A stretch of DNA of 64,000 nt from the NCBI GenBank assembly GCA_045546075.1, contig JAZQCF010000001.1, forward strand, positions 79,683 to 143,682, read 5' to 3'. Below, piece after piece: positions 43,925-53,658 of the stretch. Source of the stretch: Candidatus Enterousia sp. Lineage in GTDB: Bacteria; Pseudomonadota; Alphaproteobacteria; Rs-D84. The notes beneath the pieces were generated by a model. It was not told the origin of the DNA. It did no database searches and was given only the letters and a program-made list of their open reading frames with translations. The translations under genes were made by a program, and so were the position numbers. How positions within the stretch are numbered: position 1 is the stretch's first letter; each line of letters begins with the position of its first letter.

Positions 43925-45561
43925 TGAAAAACTTTGATGTCATTGTTATTGGTGGTGGGCATGCCGGGGTCGAGGCCGCCGCGGCCGCGGCACGACGGGG
44001 TGCAAAAACGCTGCTTTTGACAATGCGTGAAACTGATTTAGGCGCAATGTCGTGCAATCCGTCCATTGGTGGTCCGGGCAAATCGCAAATGGTGGCGGAA
44101 ATGGACGCTTTTGCCGGTGTGATGCCACGTGCGGCGGATTGTGCAGGCATACATTTTCGAACATTGAACGCGTCGCATGGTCCGGCAACGCGCGCATTGC
44201 GGGCGCAAATTGATCGTGAACTTTACCATAATGCCACGGTAAAAATTTTGCGTGAATATGAAAATTTAACAATTATTTTTGAAACGGTTGAATCGATTGA
44301 TTTAGAAAATAAAGTTATAAACGGCGTATATACGGCGAAATCCATTGTGTTCACAACGGGGACATTTTTACGCGGACTGGTCACGATGGGAAATGAAAAA
44401 ACACCGTCTGGGCGAATTATGGACGATGGCGAATACCAATCGCCGGACGCCTTTATTTCCGATGTATTGCGCGGTGCGGGGTTTGATATAATGCGCCTTA
44501 AAACCGGAACGCCGGCACGCATATATCGTGATTCGATTGACTTTTCGGTGTGCGAAGAACAATTACCTGACAACCCGCACGATTGGTTTTCGGCCGGTTG
44601 CGATACCGACAATAATGTTGCGCTTTGCTTTATAACGCACACAACGGAACAGACGCATAAAATTATTCGTGAAAATATATCGGGTGCGCCAATGTATAAC
44701 GGCGACATTGTTGGCACCGGTCCGCGATATTGCCCGTCATTGGAAGATAAAGTTATGCGTTTTCCCGAACATACTTCGCACCATGTTTTTTTAGAACCCG
44801 AAGGTTTACACAGTGATTTAATTTACCCCAACGGCATTTCAACCAGTTTTGGTATTGATATTCAAGATAAATGGATACGCACGATTCCGGGATTGGAAGA
44901 TGCGCGTATTGCGCGATATGGATATGCGATTGAATACGATGCAATAGACGCACGTGCATTAAATTCGTGTTTGATGGCACGTGGGCACCCGGGGCTGTTC
45001 TTTGCGGGGCAAATAAATGGCACATCTGGTTATGAAGAGGCCGCCGCCCAGGGATTGGTTGCGGGTGCAAATGCCGCGGCGTTCGCGCTGGGTGCCCCGA
45101 CACTGAATTTGGACCGAACAAATTCTATGATTGGGGTTATGATAGACGATATTACGACGATGGGTGTTGACGAGCCATATCGTATGTTCACATCACGCGC
45201 AGAATACCGATTAAACCTGCGTGCGGATAATGCGATTGCGCGCCTTGGGCAAACGGCGGTTGATTTGGGGTTATTGTCCGCGCCGGCTTTTTTGAAAAAA
45301 ATGCAAGAAAAGGCCGGGGAAATTGAAAAAAATGATAAATTTTACGCGGGATATATTGCGCGAAATAACCGGGAAATAGAATCATACAATCGCGACAAAA
45401 CAATAAAAATTCCCACAGATTTTGATTATGATGCTTTGTCGGGGCTGACCAACGAATTGCGTGAAAAAATGAAACGTGTGCGTCCGGCAACACTGGCTGA
45501 TTTACAAAAAATACCGGGGATGACCCCGGCAGGAATAATGGTTGTTTTGCGTGCAATTTGA
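43924..45561 (+). CDS. mnmG: tRNA uridine 5-carboxymethylaminomethyl modification enzyme MnmG
   Basis: DVIVIGGGHAGVEAA, GPRYCPSLEDKV, and a C-terminal ALSGLTNELREKM...IPGMTPAGI. It is 545 aa, shorter than E. coli's 629 aa because of a shorter C-terminal helical region. Confidence 0.9.
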   Translation: MKNFDVIVIGGGHAGVEAAAAAARRGAKTLLLTMRETDLGAMSCNPSIGGPGKSQMVAEMDAFAGVMPRAADCAGIHFRTLNASHGPATRALRAQIDRELYHNATVKILREYENLTIIFETVESIDLENKVINGVYTAKSIVFTTGTFLRGLVTMGNEKTPSGRIMDDGEYQSPDAFISDVLRGAGFDIMRLKTGTPARIYRDSIDFSVCEEQLPDNPHDWFSAGCDTDNNVALCFITHTTEQTHKIIRENISGAPMYNGDIVGTGPRYCPSLEDKVMRFPEHTSHHVFLEPEGLHSDLIYPNGISTSFGIDIQDKWIRTIPGLEDARIARYGYAIEYDAIDARALNSCLMARGHPGLFFAGQINGTSGYEEAAAQGLVAGANAAAFALGAPTLNLDRTNSMIGVMIDDITTMGVDEPYRMFTSRAEYRLNLRADNAIARLGQTAVDLGLLSAPAFLKKMQEKAGEIEKNDKFYAGYIARNNREIESYNRDKTIKIPTDFDYDALSGLTNELREKMKRVRPATLADLQKIPGMTPAGIMVVLRAI

Positions 45562-45583
45562 AATTGCCAACCAACAGTAATTT

Positions 45584-46180
45584 TTATAACAGGCATGATA
45601 ACGCCGCACCGGTGTTCTTTAATAAAAACCAACCTATGTGATAATTTGTTAAATATACCGTTATCATAAATATTGCAAATATGCCGATTATTACAATAAC
45701 CGCCGCGCGTCGTCCGTGCATACAATACAGTGCAATATTATAAAACAAGAATAATACATACAAATCACCAATAATGCTGATTATCCACATAGATGTACAA
45801 TTAAAGGCCAACGCATTTAATACCAATATTACCGGATAGATAAAAAATATGGATGCCAATCCTTTGATTGCAATTTCCCAATCACGTTCGCCACCCGTTA
45901 TTTCCGAAACCAACATCATAAGGCCACCACCCACAAACAGCAATCCAACCGCAATCACCGGCACAATCACTATCGCGGTAAAAACAGAATTTATCGTTAT
46001 TGTTGCACCACCAATCAACCGCAGCGCCAAAACCAAAATCCCCCCAATCAGGCCATATATAAACGCCTTTAACATAGATTCTTCGATATCGCCGTCTGCG
46101 ACAATTTTGGAAAAATACCTGCGTGGATTTATAACAACGTCTTTGATAGATTTATACCATTTTTTAATTTTTTTCATCAT
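45584..46180 (-). CDS. Yip1-domain-like membrane protein
   Basis: 198 aa with five predicted TM helices and an N-terminal ...PRRYFSKI... pattern seen in Yip1/DUF1282-type proteins. This is a weak call. Confidence 0.45.
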   Translation of the reverse strand: MMKKIKKWYKSIKDVVINPRRYFSKIVADGDIEESMLKAFIYGLIGGILVLALRLIGGATITINSVFTAIVIVPVIAVGLLFVGGGLMMLVSEITGGERDWEIAIKGLASIFFIYPVILVLNALAFNCTSMWIISIIGDLYVLFLFYNIALYCMHGRRAAVIVIIGIFAIFMITVYLTNYHIGWFLLKNTGAALSCLL

Positions 46181-46235
46181 GGCGTGTCCCTTTATTTGAT
46201 TATTTATATTTTTGCTTTATAATTAAAAAAAATCA

Positions 46236-47573
46236 ATGGAAAAACACATGGCAAAGATAACTATCGCCGGACGACCAAATACTGGCAAATCGACTTTATT
46301 TAATGCATTGACGGGAACGCGGGATGCATTGGTTCATGACCGCCCGGGTGTTACGCGTGATACGATACGCGCCGTTTTGGTAAATCGCCCCGATTGCGAG
46401 ATATGTGATACCGCCGGACTTGAACGTGATAAAAACGGTATCGCGGCCGATTCAACCAATATGGCAATGGATGCTGTTGCAACGGCAGATGCGCTTTTGT
46501 TCGTGGTGGATGGACGTGTTGGATTGTTACCCGAAGATATGGATTGGGCGCGTATGGTTCGACGCAAAACACGGGCACCGATTTTACTGGTGGTGAACAA
46601 GGCCGAATCGAACAAGCGGTTGGCCGATATAAATGAATTCTATAAATTGGGTTTTGGTGCGCCGGTGTTGATTTCGGCCGAACATAAAAATGGTTTTGAC
46701 AAGATTTATGAATTCTTGGAAAAAAATGTTCCGGTTAAACAAACCGAATCTGCGCCTGATAACCGCATAAAAATCGCGGTTCTGGGTCAACCAAATGTTG
46801 GTAAATCAACATTGGTAAACCGGGTGTTGGGCGAAAACCGACAAATTGTCAAAGACGAACCCGGTGTTACACGTGACACGGTCAAGATTCCGGTAAAATT
46901 TTATGGGCGCGATATATTGTTGATGGATACGGCGGGATTACGCCGAAAATCAAATGTGCGTGATGATGTTGAAACTTTGTCGGCGTTGAAATCATTGGAT
47001 GCGATTGGCAAGGCCGATGCGGTAATATTGGTGGTGGATGCCACGCGCGATATTGAAAACCAGGCATTGGGTATTGCCGCACGTGTTTATGACGCAGGCA
47101 AGATTTTATGTGTCGCCTTGAATAAGTGGGACTTGGTTGAACCCGAATTGCGGGATGAAAAATTGTTAAAATTAAAACATCATTTCACAAATTCTTTTCA
47201 TCAAATTATAAAGCCTATGATTTTGGTGATTTCGGCGGAAACCGGAACCGGTGTACAAAATATGTTCAAACGCATATATGAACAGTGGGATATTTCAAAT
47301 GCGACCGCCCCAACCAGTTTGATAAACAAAATCATTGGTGAATTGGTTGCATCACGTCAACCGCCTATGTCGCGCCTTAAACGCCCGATGAAGATAAAAT
47401 TTGCGGCCCAGACCGGTCGCCACCCAATGCGTATAACAATAAACGTTGGCGGCGCATCTGACATTCCGGAATCATATACTCGGTACCTGCGGCGCGGTTT
47501 GGCGAACGCGTTAAAATGGGAACATTTACCGATAAGTATAGAATATAAAAAGGCCGACAACCCATTTGATTGA
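46236..47573 (+). CDS. der: Ribosome-associated GTPase Der (EngA); the start may be MAKITIAG at 46248
   Basis: Two G domains (GRPNTGKST, GQPNVGKST) plus a KH-like C-terminus. Confidence 0.95.
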   Translation: MEKHMAKITIAGRPNTGKSTLFNALTGTRDALVHDRPGVTRDTIRAVLVNRPDCEICDTAGLERDKNGIAADSTNMAMDAVATADALLFVVDGRVGLLPEDMDWARMVRRKTRAPILLVVNKAESNKRLADINEFYKLGFGAPVLISAEHKNGFDKIYEFLEKNVPVKQTESAPDNRIKIAVLGQPNVGKSTLVNRVLGENRQIVKDEPGVTRDTVKIPVKFYGRDILLMDTAGLRRKSNVRDDVETLSALKSLDAIGKADAVILVVDATRDIENQALGIAARVYDAGKILCVALNKWDLVEPELRDEKLLKLKHHFTNSFHQIIKPMILVISAETGTGVQNMFKRIYEQWDISNATAPTSLINKIIGELVASRQPPMSRLKRPMKIKFAAQTGRHPMRITINVGGASDIPESYTRYLRRGLANALKWEHLPISIEYKKADNPFD

Positions 47574-47578
47574 TAATC

Positions 47579-47598
47579 AACCGTCCGTTTGGGCGGTT
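47579..47598 (+). terminator. Terminator-like hairpin after der
   Basis: AACCGTCC-GTTT-GGGCGGTT (8 bp including one G:U), followed by TATTATTT. Confidence 0.5.
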
Positions 47599-47616
47599 TA
47601 TTATTTATATAACTTG

Positions 47617-47644
47617 TTGACATTTTGTCTTTTTGTATTATATT
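47617..47644 (+). promoter_or_regulatory. Candidate sigma70 promoter
   Basis: TTGACA (47617-47622), 16-nt spacer, TATATT (47639-47644). Confidence 0.5.
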
Positions 47645-47678
47645 ACGTTTGTACAAGCAAAACCAAAAGGACAAAACG

Positions 47679-48020
47679 ATGAATGAATTCCATTGGGTTT
47701 TGTTTGATTCTTTGCGAACAATCATACCCCAAGATAATATTGTAATAACGTATGCCGAACCAAATAAATACATGGCCAGTTATACAATTAAAACCGTTCG
47801 CGGACAATTTGTTTGTTTGATTCGGCGTGAATCACAAATTGGTCGTATTATTTTTGATATCAAGGTTCACGAAAATTGGATTCCATATTTCCCGCGTGAA
47901 TATGCCCAAGAATTATTCGAACGCACAGAAGATGAATATACGCGCCGTCAAGAAATCGCGGCGTGGGACAAGATTGAAATAAATACGGTAAAATTTTTGA
48001 ACAAAATAAGACAAAAATAA
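47679..48020 (+). CDS. Hypothetical protein (113 aa from MNEFHWV)
   Basis: From the ORF track (47625-48020). The upstream ATG lies inside the predicted promoter, so I prefer the start at 47679, which has an AAAGGA SD. Confidence 0.4.
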   Translation: MNEFHWVLFDSLRTIIPQDNIVITYAEPNKYMASYTIKTVRGQFVCLIRRESQIGRIIFDIKVHENWIPYFPREYAQELFERTEDEYTRRQEIAAWDKIEINTVKFLNKIRQK

Positions 48021-48043
48021 ACGGCGCAAAAACGCGCCGTTTT
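48021..48043. terminator. Bidirectional terminator between convergent genes
   Basis: ACGGCGC-AAAAAC-GCGCCGT followed by TTT, and preceded by an A-run. Confidence 0.6.
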
Positions 48044-48061
48044 AATTATATCAACCGATGG

Positions 48062-48736
48062 TTAAAAACCCTTTGGTGTTTCCATTTTTACCGTGGAAAC
48101 TTTCTTGTTCAATGAATTGATAACATCGTTTGTGATATCCAGGTTTTCAACATTTGCGCCCGTACGTGCGAAACGTCCATCCATTACCAAAGACAAATTC
48201 TTTTTTGTGATAATTGCTTCGATAATTGGGTCCAAGTGTTTTTCCTGAATCGTTGCCAATGCGCGTTGGAACGAAGATTCAATCGATTGTGCGCGTTCGG
48301 TCAAATCACGTTGCAGTTTTGTAACCTTGCCCTGGTATTCAACGACACGGCGTTGCAATGCTTCACGCGACAGAACATCTTGGGATTTTTCAATTTCGGC
48401 CTTTTCTTTTTCCAATGCCTTTTGCTGTTTGTCTAATTCACTGCGCAGTTTGTTTTCATAGTTTTCTTTTTGTTTGCGCAAATCTTGTAATGCGTTGGCA
48501 TCATTTTGAATTGCATCCATACGAACAACCGCGATACGTAAATCTGCACCATTTGCGGCATCGGTGGAAACTTCACTGATTGCGGCATCGGCGCTGACCG
48601 TTTTTTCGCTGCATCCGCGCAAAGCGAACACACCGACCAAGGCAACCGCAATCACGATTGCGGCGATGACACCGTATTTAACATAATTTTTTGTTGTGGA
48701 ATTGTTTGTTTTTTTTGTATCTGTCATATTTTCCAT
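48062..48736 (-). CDS. skp: OmpH/Skp-like periplasmic chaperone
   Basis: N-terminal hydrophobic anchor or signal, then a long K/E/Q-rich coiled coil (LRKQKENYENKLRSELDKQQKALEKEKAEIEK) and an Skp-like C-terminus. Confidence 0.65.
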   Translation of the reverse strand: MENMTDTKKTNNSTTKNYVKYGVIAAIVIAVALVGVFALRGCSEKTVSADAAISEVSTDAANGADLRIAVVRMDAIQNDANALQDLRKQKENYENKLRSELDKQQKALEKEKAEIEKSQDVLSREALQRRVVEYQGKVTKLQRDLTERAQSIESSFQRALATIQEKHLDPIIEAIITKKNLSLVMDGRFARTGANVENLDITNDVINSLNKKVSTVKMETPKGF

Positions 48737-48807
48737 CCTTTTGTTTTTGTTGACGTGGTCAGTATAGCAATAAAATTTATAAAATAAAAGAGAAAGTTAT
48801 CGGTTTT

Positions 48808-49482
48808 CTAACGCACCGGTGAAATGCGCAATTCAACACGCCGATTGGTCAGGCGACCCCATTCATCCTGGGCGGCAATGGGGCGCGCAGAACCGCGGCC
48901 AACAATAAACATACGCGTCGGTTTAATTCCTGCGCGTGCAAAATATACCGCCGTGCGTTCCGCCATATCGGTGGACAATGCCCGTGCCGCGTTTTGGTCC
49001 CGCATAGAATCTGTGTAACCTGAAACCTCGATAAACGTGGCATCGTATTTATTTAATATCCGTGCGATGGTTTTCAAATTTTCGTCACCGATGGGTGATA
49101 TTTCCGGCGCGTTTAATTCCATAATCGCATCACGCACCAAAATTACCACTACATCGGTTCCGGCACGTTGGACCGACATACCCGGGCGACGCAAAGCATC
49201 ATATAATTTATTTTCTAATTCCGCCATATATCCCAAATACATTGCCGATTCATTTAATGCTTTATCACCATATTCCATTTCGGGTTCTGGTATAATCGCA
49301 TCCATAACGGTGCGCCCCCCTGCCCCAAGGTAGATTGGTTTTTTCGCACTGCGCGAAACATCGTTCATATCGGCAAATGTTGCGCCATACAGGTAATTCT
49401 TCCACGTGGTGCGTTCCGGGCTTTGATATGGGCTGCACCCAACAAGAATCGCGACAAAAAATCCAATCAGTATTTTCTTCAT
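48808..49482 (-). CDS. OmpA-domain lipoprotein (peptidoglycan-binding)
   Basis: Lipobox ILVGC and a C-terminal OmpA-like domain GYTDS....N..LS..RA..V...L...G........GRG...P......W....NRRVEL. Confidence 0.8.
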   Translation of the reverse strand: MKKILIGFFVAILVGCSPYQSPERTTWKNYLYGATFADMNDVSRSAKKPIYLGAGGRTVMDAIIPEPEMEYGDKALNESAMYLGYMAELENKLYDALRRPGMSVQRAGTDVVVILVRDAIMELNAPEISPIGDENLKTIARILNKYDATFIEVSGYTDSMRDQNAARALSTDMAERTAVYFARAGIKPTRMFIVGRGSARPIAAQDEWGRLTNRRVELRISPVR

Positions 49483-49483
49483 A

Positions 49484-49939
49484 TTATCTTACTATGAAAG
49501 ATATATTATTATCGGCACCACCAAAGCACGCGGCCGAATTGTCCAATCGATAGCCGTTCACAAACATATCATACGCCCAATTCGGCAACGCCGTCGCAAA
49601 GAATTCGCATTCACCACGTGACAGCCCAACCAGGTCTATTGAAAAACTGGTAACATCGGTGCCAACATTTATTGACCAAGATTTTCCAACGGGTGCTTTG
49701 TCGGTTTTTAATGCACCGGCCTTGACCAAATAATCAACCGAAACACCGGTGTAATCACCCCGCATTTCCATAAGCAGTTTTGTATTCTTGGCAACCTCGC
49801 GCAATTCGGCGGATGCGATGGTGTTTTTTTGATTATGGCGAATTGAATTATAAATGCCAACGGCGGATGCCGTCATAACGGCGGTTATCGCCAACACGCC
49901 AATAATTTCAATCAATGAACGTCCTGATTCTGCTCTCAT
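49484..49939 (-). CDS. Type IV pilin / pseudopilin-like protein
   Basis: MRAESG|RSLIEIIGVLAITAVM: a short leader ending in Gly, Glu at +5, then a hydrophobic helix. A GGGGG SD precedes the ATG at 49939 (the ORF-track start is 49951). C-terminal Cys pair. Confidence 0.6.
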   Translation of the reverse strand: MRAESGRSLIEIIGVLAITAVMTASAVGIYNSIRHNQKNTIASAELREVAKNTKLLMEMRGDYTGVSVDYLVKAGALKTDKAPVGKSWSINVGTDVTSFSIDLVGLSRGECEFFATALPNWAYDMFVNGYRLDNSAACFGGADNNISFIVR

Positions 49940-49953
49940 ATTTACCCCCATTT

Positions 49954-51489
49954 TTATTGTTTTGAAATTCCTACAATTTCTGCGCCTTCGAACAAAGACA
50001 TCGCATCGGCAACCATTGGGTCGGCCACGGCATCATTTTGTATTTGTTCGCGCACAGTTGTATTTTGATGTGATTCTTCGATTTTATTCAGTTCCCATTT
50101 TGCGCCGGTTTTTGTATTCAGCCATACAATTAATTTCTTTTGGAAATCTGCATCATCGCCCCGGTCAAAATATGTTATTTTATTATCCGCCAGATTTGTA
50201 ACCTCAATATTCTTTGTAAAGTATGAATAAAGCATCATTTCACGGGCCGTCGATAACGCATCCGCCAAATCCGCCGCAGAATTTATTTTGATTGTTTTAA
50301 CCTCTGGTTTTGGGGTGGGTGCACTTTGTGTCGGTGTGGGCACATTACCATTTTGTTTCAAAATATCTGGGATCGATGGCATATCGGCGATATGCATCAA
50401 TCGAATTACCAACATATCAAAGCATTGTTTTTGATTACCCGCCGCCGCCATTTCAGGCACAGACGCAACCATAACCTGCCACAGACGGGACAGCGTATTC
50501 AAAGACACGTGTTTGTTAATTTCGTTTATACGTTCACGTTGGTCTGCGGTATATGGAATACTGTCACCGACACCGGCGCGTAAAACCGGATGCATACGCG
50601 TTGCCCAATGTGTCCATTCCATCATATCGGTAAGCAACATTGATAAATCTGCGCCATTGGTATAAATCTCGTCTGCGCGGGCCAATGCCGCCGAAACATT
50701 ACCCGACAAAATTGTCTGCATAAAATCGACAACCACACCGCGGTCGGCACGCTTTAACATATCCATAACGGCGGATTCATCAACGTGGCCGCCGGTTTGG
50801 GCAATCGCCTGGTCCAACAGGGACAATCCATCACGAACCGAACCATCCGCCGCCCGTGCCAACAATTCATTTGCCGCATCGGTTAATTCAATTTTTTCTT
50901 GTTCTGCAATCCACGCGAAATGTTTTTTCAATGTTTCAACCGGCACGCGCACCAAATCAAATCGTTGGCAACGCGACAGAATCGTAACCGGAACCTTGCG
51001 TATTTCGGTGGTTGCCAAAATGAATATCACGTGTGCGGGTGGTTCTTCCAATGTTTTCAACAGCGCGTTAAACGCACTGGACGACAGCATATGAACTTCG
51101 TCAATAATATATACCTTGTATCGACCATTTGTTGGACGATATTGGGCCGCATCCAGAATTTCGCGCATATTATCAACGCCGGTATGGGACGCAGCGTCGA
51201 TTTCCAATACGTCAATATGTTGGCCGGCCGCAATCGCACGGCAATTATCACATTTCCCGCACGGTGTGGCGGTTGGCCCATCGGCCGAAAGGCAATTTAA
51301 TGCCTTGGCCAAAATACGCGCCGTACTGGTCTTTCCGGTTCCGCGAATTCCGGTAAAAATATATGCGTGCGCGATGCGCCCAGTCTTGATTGCAGTGGTC
51401 AGGGTTTTAACCAAAACATCCTGGCCAATAAGTGATTGAAAATCCTGACTGCGATATTTGCGCGCCAAAACCGTGTAATTGGTATCCAT
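49954..51489 (-). CDS. dnaX: DNA polymerase III subunit gamma/tau
   Basis: [10 protein letters not shown], Walker [10 protein letters not shown], zinc module CGKCDNC, DEVHML. I placed the start at MDTNYTV. Confidence 0.93.
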   Translation of the reverse strand: MDTNYTVLARKYRSQDFQSLIGQDVLVKTLTTAIKTGRIAHAYIFTGIRGTGKTSTARILAKALNCLSADGPTATPCGKCDNCRAIAAGQHIDVLEIDAASHTGVDNMREILDAAQYRPTNGRYKVYIIDEVHMLSSSAFNALLKTLEEPPAHVIFILATTEIRKVPVTILSRCQRFDLVRVPVETLKKHFAWIAEQEKIELTDAANELLARAADGSVRDGLSLLDQAIAQTGGHVDESAVMDMLKRADRGVVVDFMQTILSGNVSAALARADEIYTNGADLSMLLTDMMEWTHWATRMHPVLRAGVGDSIPYTADQRERINEINKHVSLNTLSRLWQVMVASVPEMAAAGNQKQCFDMLVIRLMHIADMPSIPDILKQNGNVPTPTQSAPTPKPEVKTIKINSAADLADALSTAREMMLYSYFTKNIEVTNLADNKITYFDRGDDADFQKKLIVWLNTKTGAKWELNKIEESHQNTTVREQIQNDAVADPMVADAMSLFEGAEIVGISKQ

Positions 51490-51589
51490 ATTATCTTCCT
51501 TTGGAAAAAAGAATAGCAGACCAATATCAAAATTCAAGGCAAATATAATTTACACTTTTCTTTTATTTTTTTTCTATTATAATGCCGGT

Positions 51590-52636
51590 ATGTTAAAAAG
51601 TATTAAATCTTGGTTTGGGCCACGCGGTGTCAAAATGACTGCCGGTGAATTGGCCGAAAAGTTTGGTTTGGAATTGCGCGGGAATCCGGACACAGTGATA
51701 TGTGGCATCGCGCCAATCGCCGATGCACGGCCGGGCGATGTTGCGTTCTATTCCACCGAACAAAACAGTAATGCGTTCAAAATATTGCCAATCACGGTGT
51801 TGGAAAACACTCGCGCATCGGTGATATTGGTTCAACCCGAAATGGCATCGCATGCACCAAACGGTGCAACACTGTTGGTATGCAACAGTCCGCGTGGCGA
51901 AATCGTCAAAGTCTTGGGCGAAATATATCGCGAACCACCACGCCGTGGCGTGTCAAGTGACGCATATATCGAACGCGGCGTGTTCTTTCGTAATCGACGC
52001 AGTGTATATATTGGACAATTTGCAACAATTGAACGCGGTGCGGTGATTGAGGCAGATGTGAAAATATATCCAAACGCCTATATCGGGCGTAATGTCACAA
52101 TCGGGCGTGGAACGGTTGTTCATTCGGGCGCACATATTGAAAACGCCACAATCGGCGCAGAATGTGTGATTCACAACGGCGCGTCTATTGGTAAAGACGG
52201 TTTTGGTTATACACGTCAAGACGGTCATAATGTATTTATTCCGCACGTTGGGCGCGTTGTTTTGGGGGACCGCGTTTCGGTGGGTGCAAATTCCTGTATC
52301 GACCGGGGTGCATTAACCGATACAATGATTGGTGACGGGACCAAGATTGACAATCTGTGCCAGATTGCGCACGGCGTGGTTATTGGGCGCGAATGTTTCT
52401 TGGCGGGTGGTGTTGGTATTGCCGGTGGGGTCAAGATTGGTGACCGTGCATTATTGGCCGGACACGTGGGTATTGCAAACGGTGTTAAAATTGGAAATGA
52501 TGCCGAGGTTGGTGCAAACAGTGGTGTTTTCCGCGATGTGCCGGATGGCGCAAAACATATGGGTTACCCGGCGGGCCCCGGAACGGAATTCCTGCGCCAT
52601 TATGCGTGGATTAAAAAACATATAAATAATGATTGA
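51590..52636 (+). CDS. lpxD: UDP-3-O-acylglucosamine N-acyltransferase
   Basis: N-terminal [11 protein letters not shown], then an extended hexapeptide-repeat left-handed beta-helix. I placed the start at MLKSIKS; an alternative is MTAGEL at 51635. Confidence 0.9.
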   Translation: MLKSIKSWFGPRGVKMTAGELAEKFGLELRGNPDTVICGIAPIADARPGDVAFYSTEQNSNAFKILPITVLENTRASVILVQPEMASHAPNGATLLVCNSPRGEIVKVLGEIYREPPRRGVSSDAYIERGVFFRNRRSVYIGQFATIERGAVIEADVKIYPNAYIGRNVTIGRGTVVHSGAHIENATIGAECVIHNGASIGKDGFGYTRQDGHNVFIPHVGRVVLGDRVSVGANSCIDRGALTDTMIGDGTKIDNLCQIAHGVVIGRECFLAGGVGIAGGVKIGDRALLAGHVGIANGVKIGNDAEVGANSGVFRDVPDGAKHMGYPAGPGTEFLRHYAWIKKHINND

Positions 52637-52651
52637 TAATCAGGGGGAAAA

Positions 52652-53092
52652 ATGGTTGATACCAAAGGTATAGAGGCGGTAATTCCGCATCGTGGCGATA
52701 TGCGCCTGGTTGATGAAATTCGCGAATTTACGGACAAAACCGCGGTGGGGATTAAACACATCACAAATAACGAATTCTGGTGCAAGGGTCATTTCCCGGC
52801 CAAGCCGATTATGCCGGGTGTCTTGATTGTCGAGGCATTGGCCCAAACCGCGTGTTTTACAATCCTGAACGCGATTGGTAATAATGGCGGGCGCGCATTG
52901 GGATACTTTGTGACGATTGAAAATGCCAAGTTCACACATATGGTTGTTCCGGGCGATACATTGGAATTACATATCGAAGAAATCGGTTCTAAAATGAAAC
53001 TGCATAAATTTAACGGCACGGCATTCGTAAATGGCAAACGTGTCGCGGTTGCAACATTTTCTGCAATGTTGGACAACGACCCGGTGATTTAG
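52652..53092 (+). CDS. fabZ: 3-hydroxyacyl-ACP dehydratase FabZ
   Basis: PHRGDMRLVD, HFPAKPIMPGV, 146 aa, directly after lpxD. Confidence 0.95.
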   Translation: MVDTKGIEAVIPHRGDMRLVDEIREFTDKTAVGIKHITNNEFWCKGHFPAKPIMPGVLIVEALAQTACFTILNAIGNNGGRALGYFVTIENAKFTHMVVPGDTLELHIEEIGSKMKLHKFNGTAFVNGKRVAVATFSAMLDNDPVI

Positions 53093-53149
53093 TGGTTAGT
53101 CCGTCACGACCGCGGCGCGGCGTGCCGCGACGGGTGTTAGTGGTTAGTG
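53092..53149 (+). repeat. GTGGTTAGTG-family motifs flanking a GC-rich hairpin (copy B-left)
   Basis: GTGGTTAGT at 53092 overlaps the fabZ TAG stop, and GTGGTTAGTG lies at 53140. GC-rich imperfect palindromic sequence sits between them. Confidence 0.7.
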
Positions 53150-53172
53150 CGGGCGCAATTGCGCCCGTTTTT
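53150..53172 (+). terminator. Intrinsic terminator after fabZ
   Basis: CGGGCGC-AATT-GCGCCCG followed by TTTTT. Confidence 0.75.
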
Positions 53173-53398
53173 ATTTGTGTTTTGGGGGCACGCGCCGGCA
53201 CCGCAACAGGCAAAACCCGTGATAAAATACAGATTGTAAAATATTGTCCGGAATTATCTCTTTACCCTGTTCATATTTATGTAATTGCCGTGCAGATATT
53301 GAAAACATCCTTGCAACGTCATCTGCGCCCAGGCAATTATGCCGCCGCGCATTACGCAACGCGCGCCCAAAATATTTTGAATCAACCAATGTAACCAT
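53171..53398 (-). CDS. XRE-family helix-turn-helix protein (75 aa)
   Basis: GRALRNARRHNCLGADDVARMFSISARQLHKYEQGKEIIP is a canonical XRE HTH. A GGAGG SD lies 6 nt upstream of the ATG. Confidence 0.65.
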   Translation of the reverse strand: MVTLVDSKYFGRALRNARRHNCLGADDVARMFSISARQLHKYEQGKEIIPDNILQSVFYHGFCLLRCRRVPPKHK

Positions 53399-53426
53399 TT
53401 TATACCTCCATTTTGGTTATAAAAAT

Positions 53427-53550
53427 ACCGTCAAGACATTTGACGGTTGGAGGTTAGAAACCTGTAAGATACAACAGTGTCGTTTATTCAATATATTCGC
53501 GACCCTCCAACCAAATGGAGTTTTCGTATCTTAAGAGGGTTTCTAATCCT
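53427..53550. ncRNA. Conserved structured non-coding module, copy B
   Basis: Hairpin 53427-53433/53441-53447. GGTTGGAGG (53445-53453) is complementary to CCTCCAACC (53504-53512). Conserved block GTTTATTCAATATATT at 53482-53497. Local hairpin followed by TTTTC at 53505-53525. A long imperfect stem pairs 53451-53472 with 53526-53550. Confidence 0.35.
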
Positions 53551-53587
53551 CGCACTGGTTGTCAACCAATGCAGAAATATTATAATT

Positions 53588-53615
53588 GAAAACGGTTGCG
53601 CTTGCAACCGTTTTC
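53588..53615. terminator. Strong bidirectional terminator hairpin
   Basis: GAAAACGGTTGC-GCTT-GCAACCGTTTTC, a 12-bp stem. Confidence 0.7.
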
Positions 53616-53616
53616 G

Positions 53617-53655
53617 CACTAACCACTAATCACTAACACTAACCACTAACACTCG
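53617..53655 (-). repeat. GTGGTTAGTG-family motifs, inverted orientation (copy B-right)
   Basis: CACTAACCAC at 53617 and 53637, with related CACTAAC units between them. It ends 4 nt before the stop of the VIT-family gene. Confidence 0.75.
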
Positions 53656-53658
53656 CCA

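Noticed and set aside
43924-45561. MnmG is only 545 aa, versus ~620-630 aa in E. coli, which suggested truncation or a pseudogene.
   Set aside because: Both termini and the GPRYCPSLEDKV core are intact. The missing ~70-80 aa map to the variable C-terminal helical region. The frame is open throughout. This is more likely natural size reduction than decay.
48757-48770. The 14-mer AGTATAGCAATAAA is shared upstream of skp (48757-48770) and rpoH (62819-62832), possibly a common promoter element.
   Set aside because: By rough estimate, a single 14-nt match within 64 kb on both strands of AT-rich DNA is expected by chance. Only the -10-like TATACT is plausibly meaningful.
49954-51489. I looked for the programmed -1 frameshift site (A AAA AAG) that produces the gamma subunit in E. 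coli dnaX.
   Set aside because: I found no A AAA AAG-type slippery heptamer with a downstream hairpin in the reading frame. The nearest A-run (around 50900) does not fit. No claim is made.
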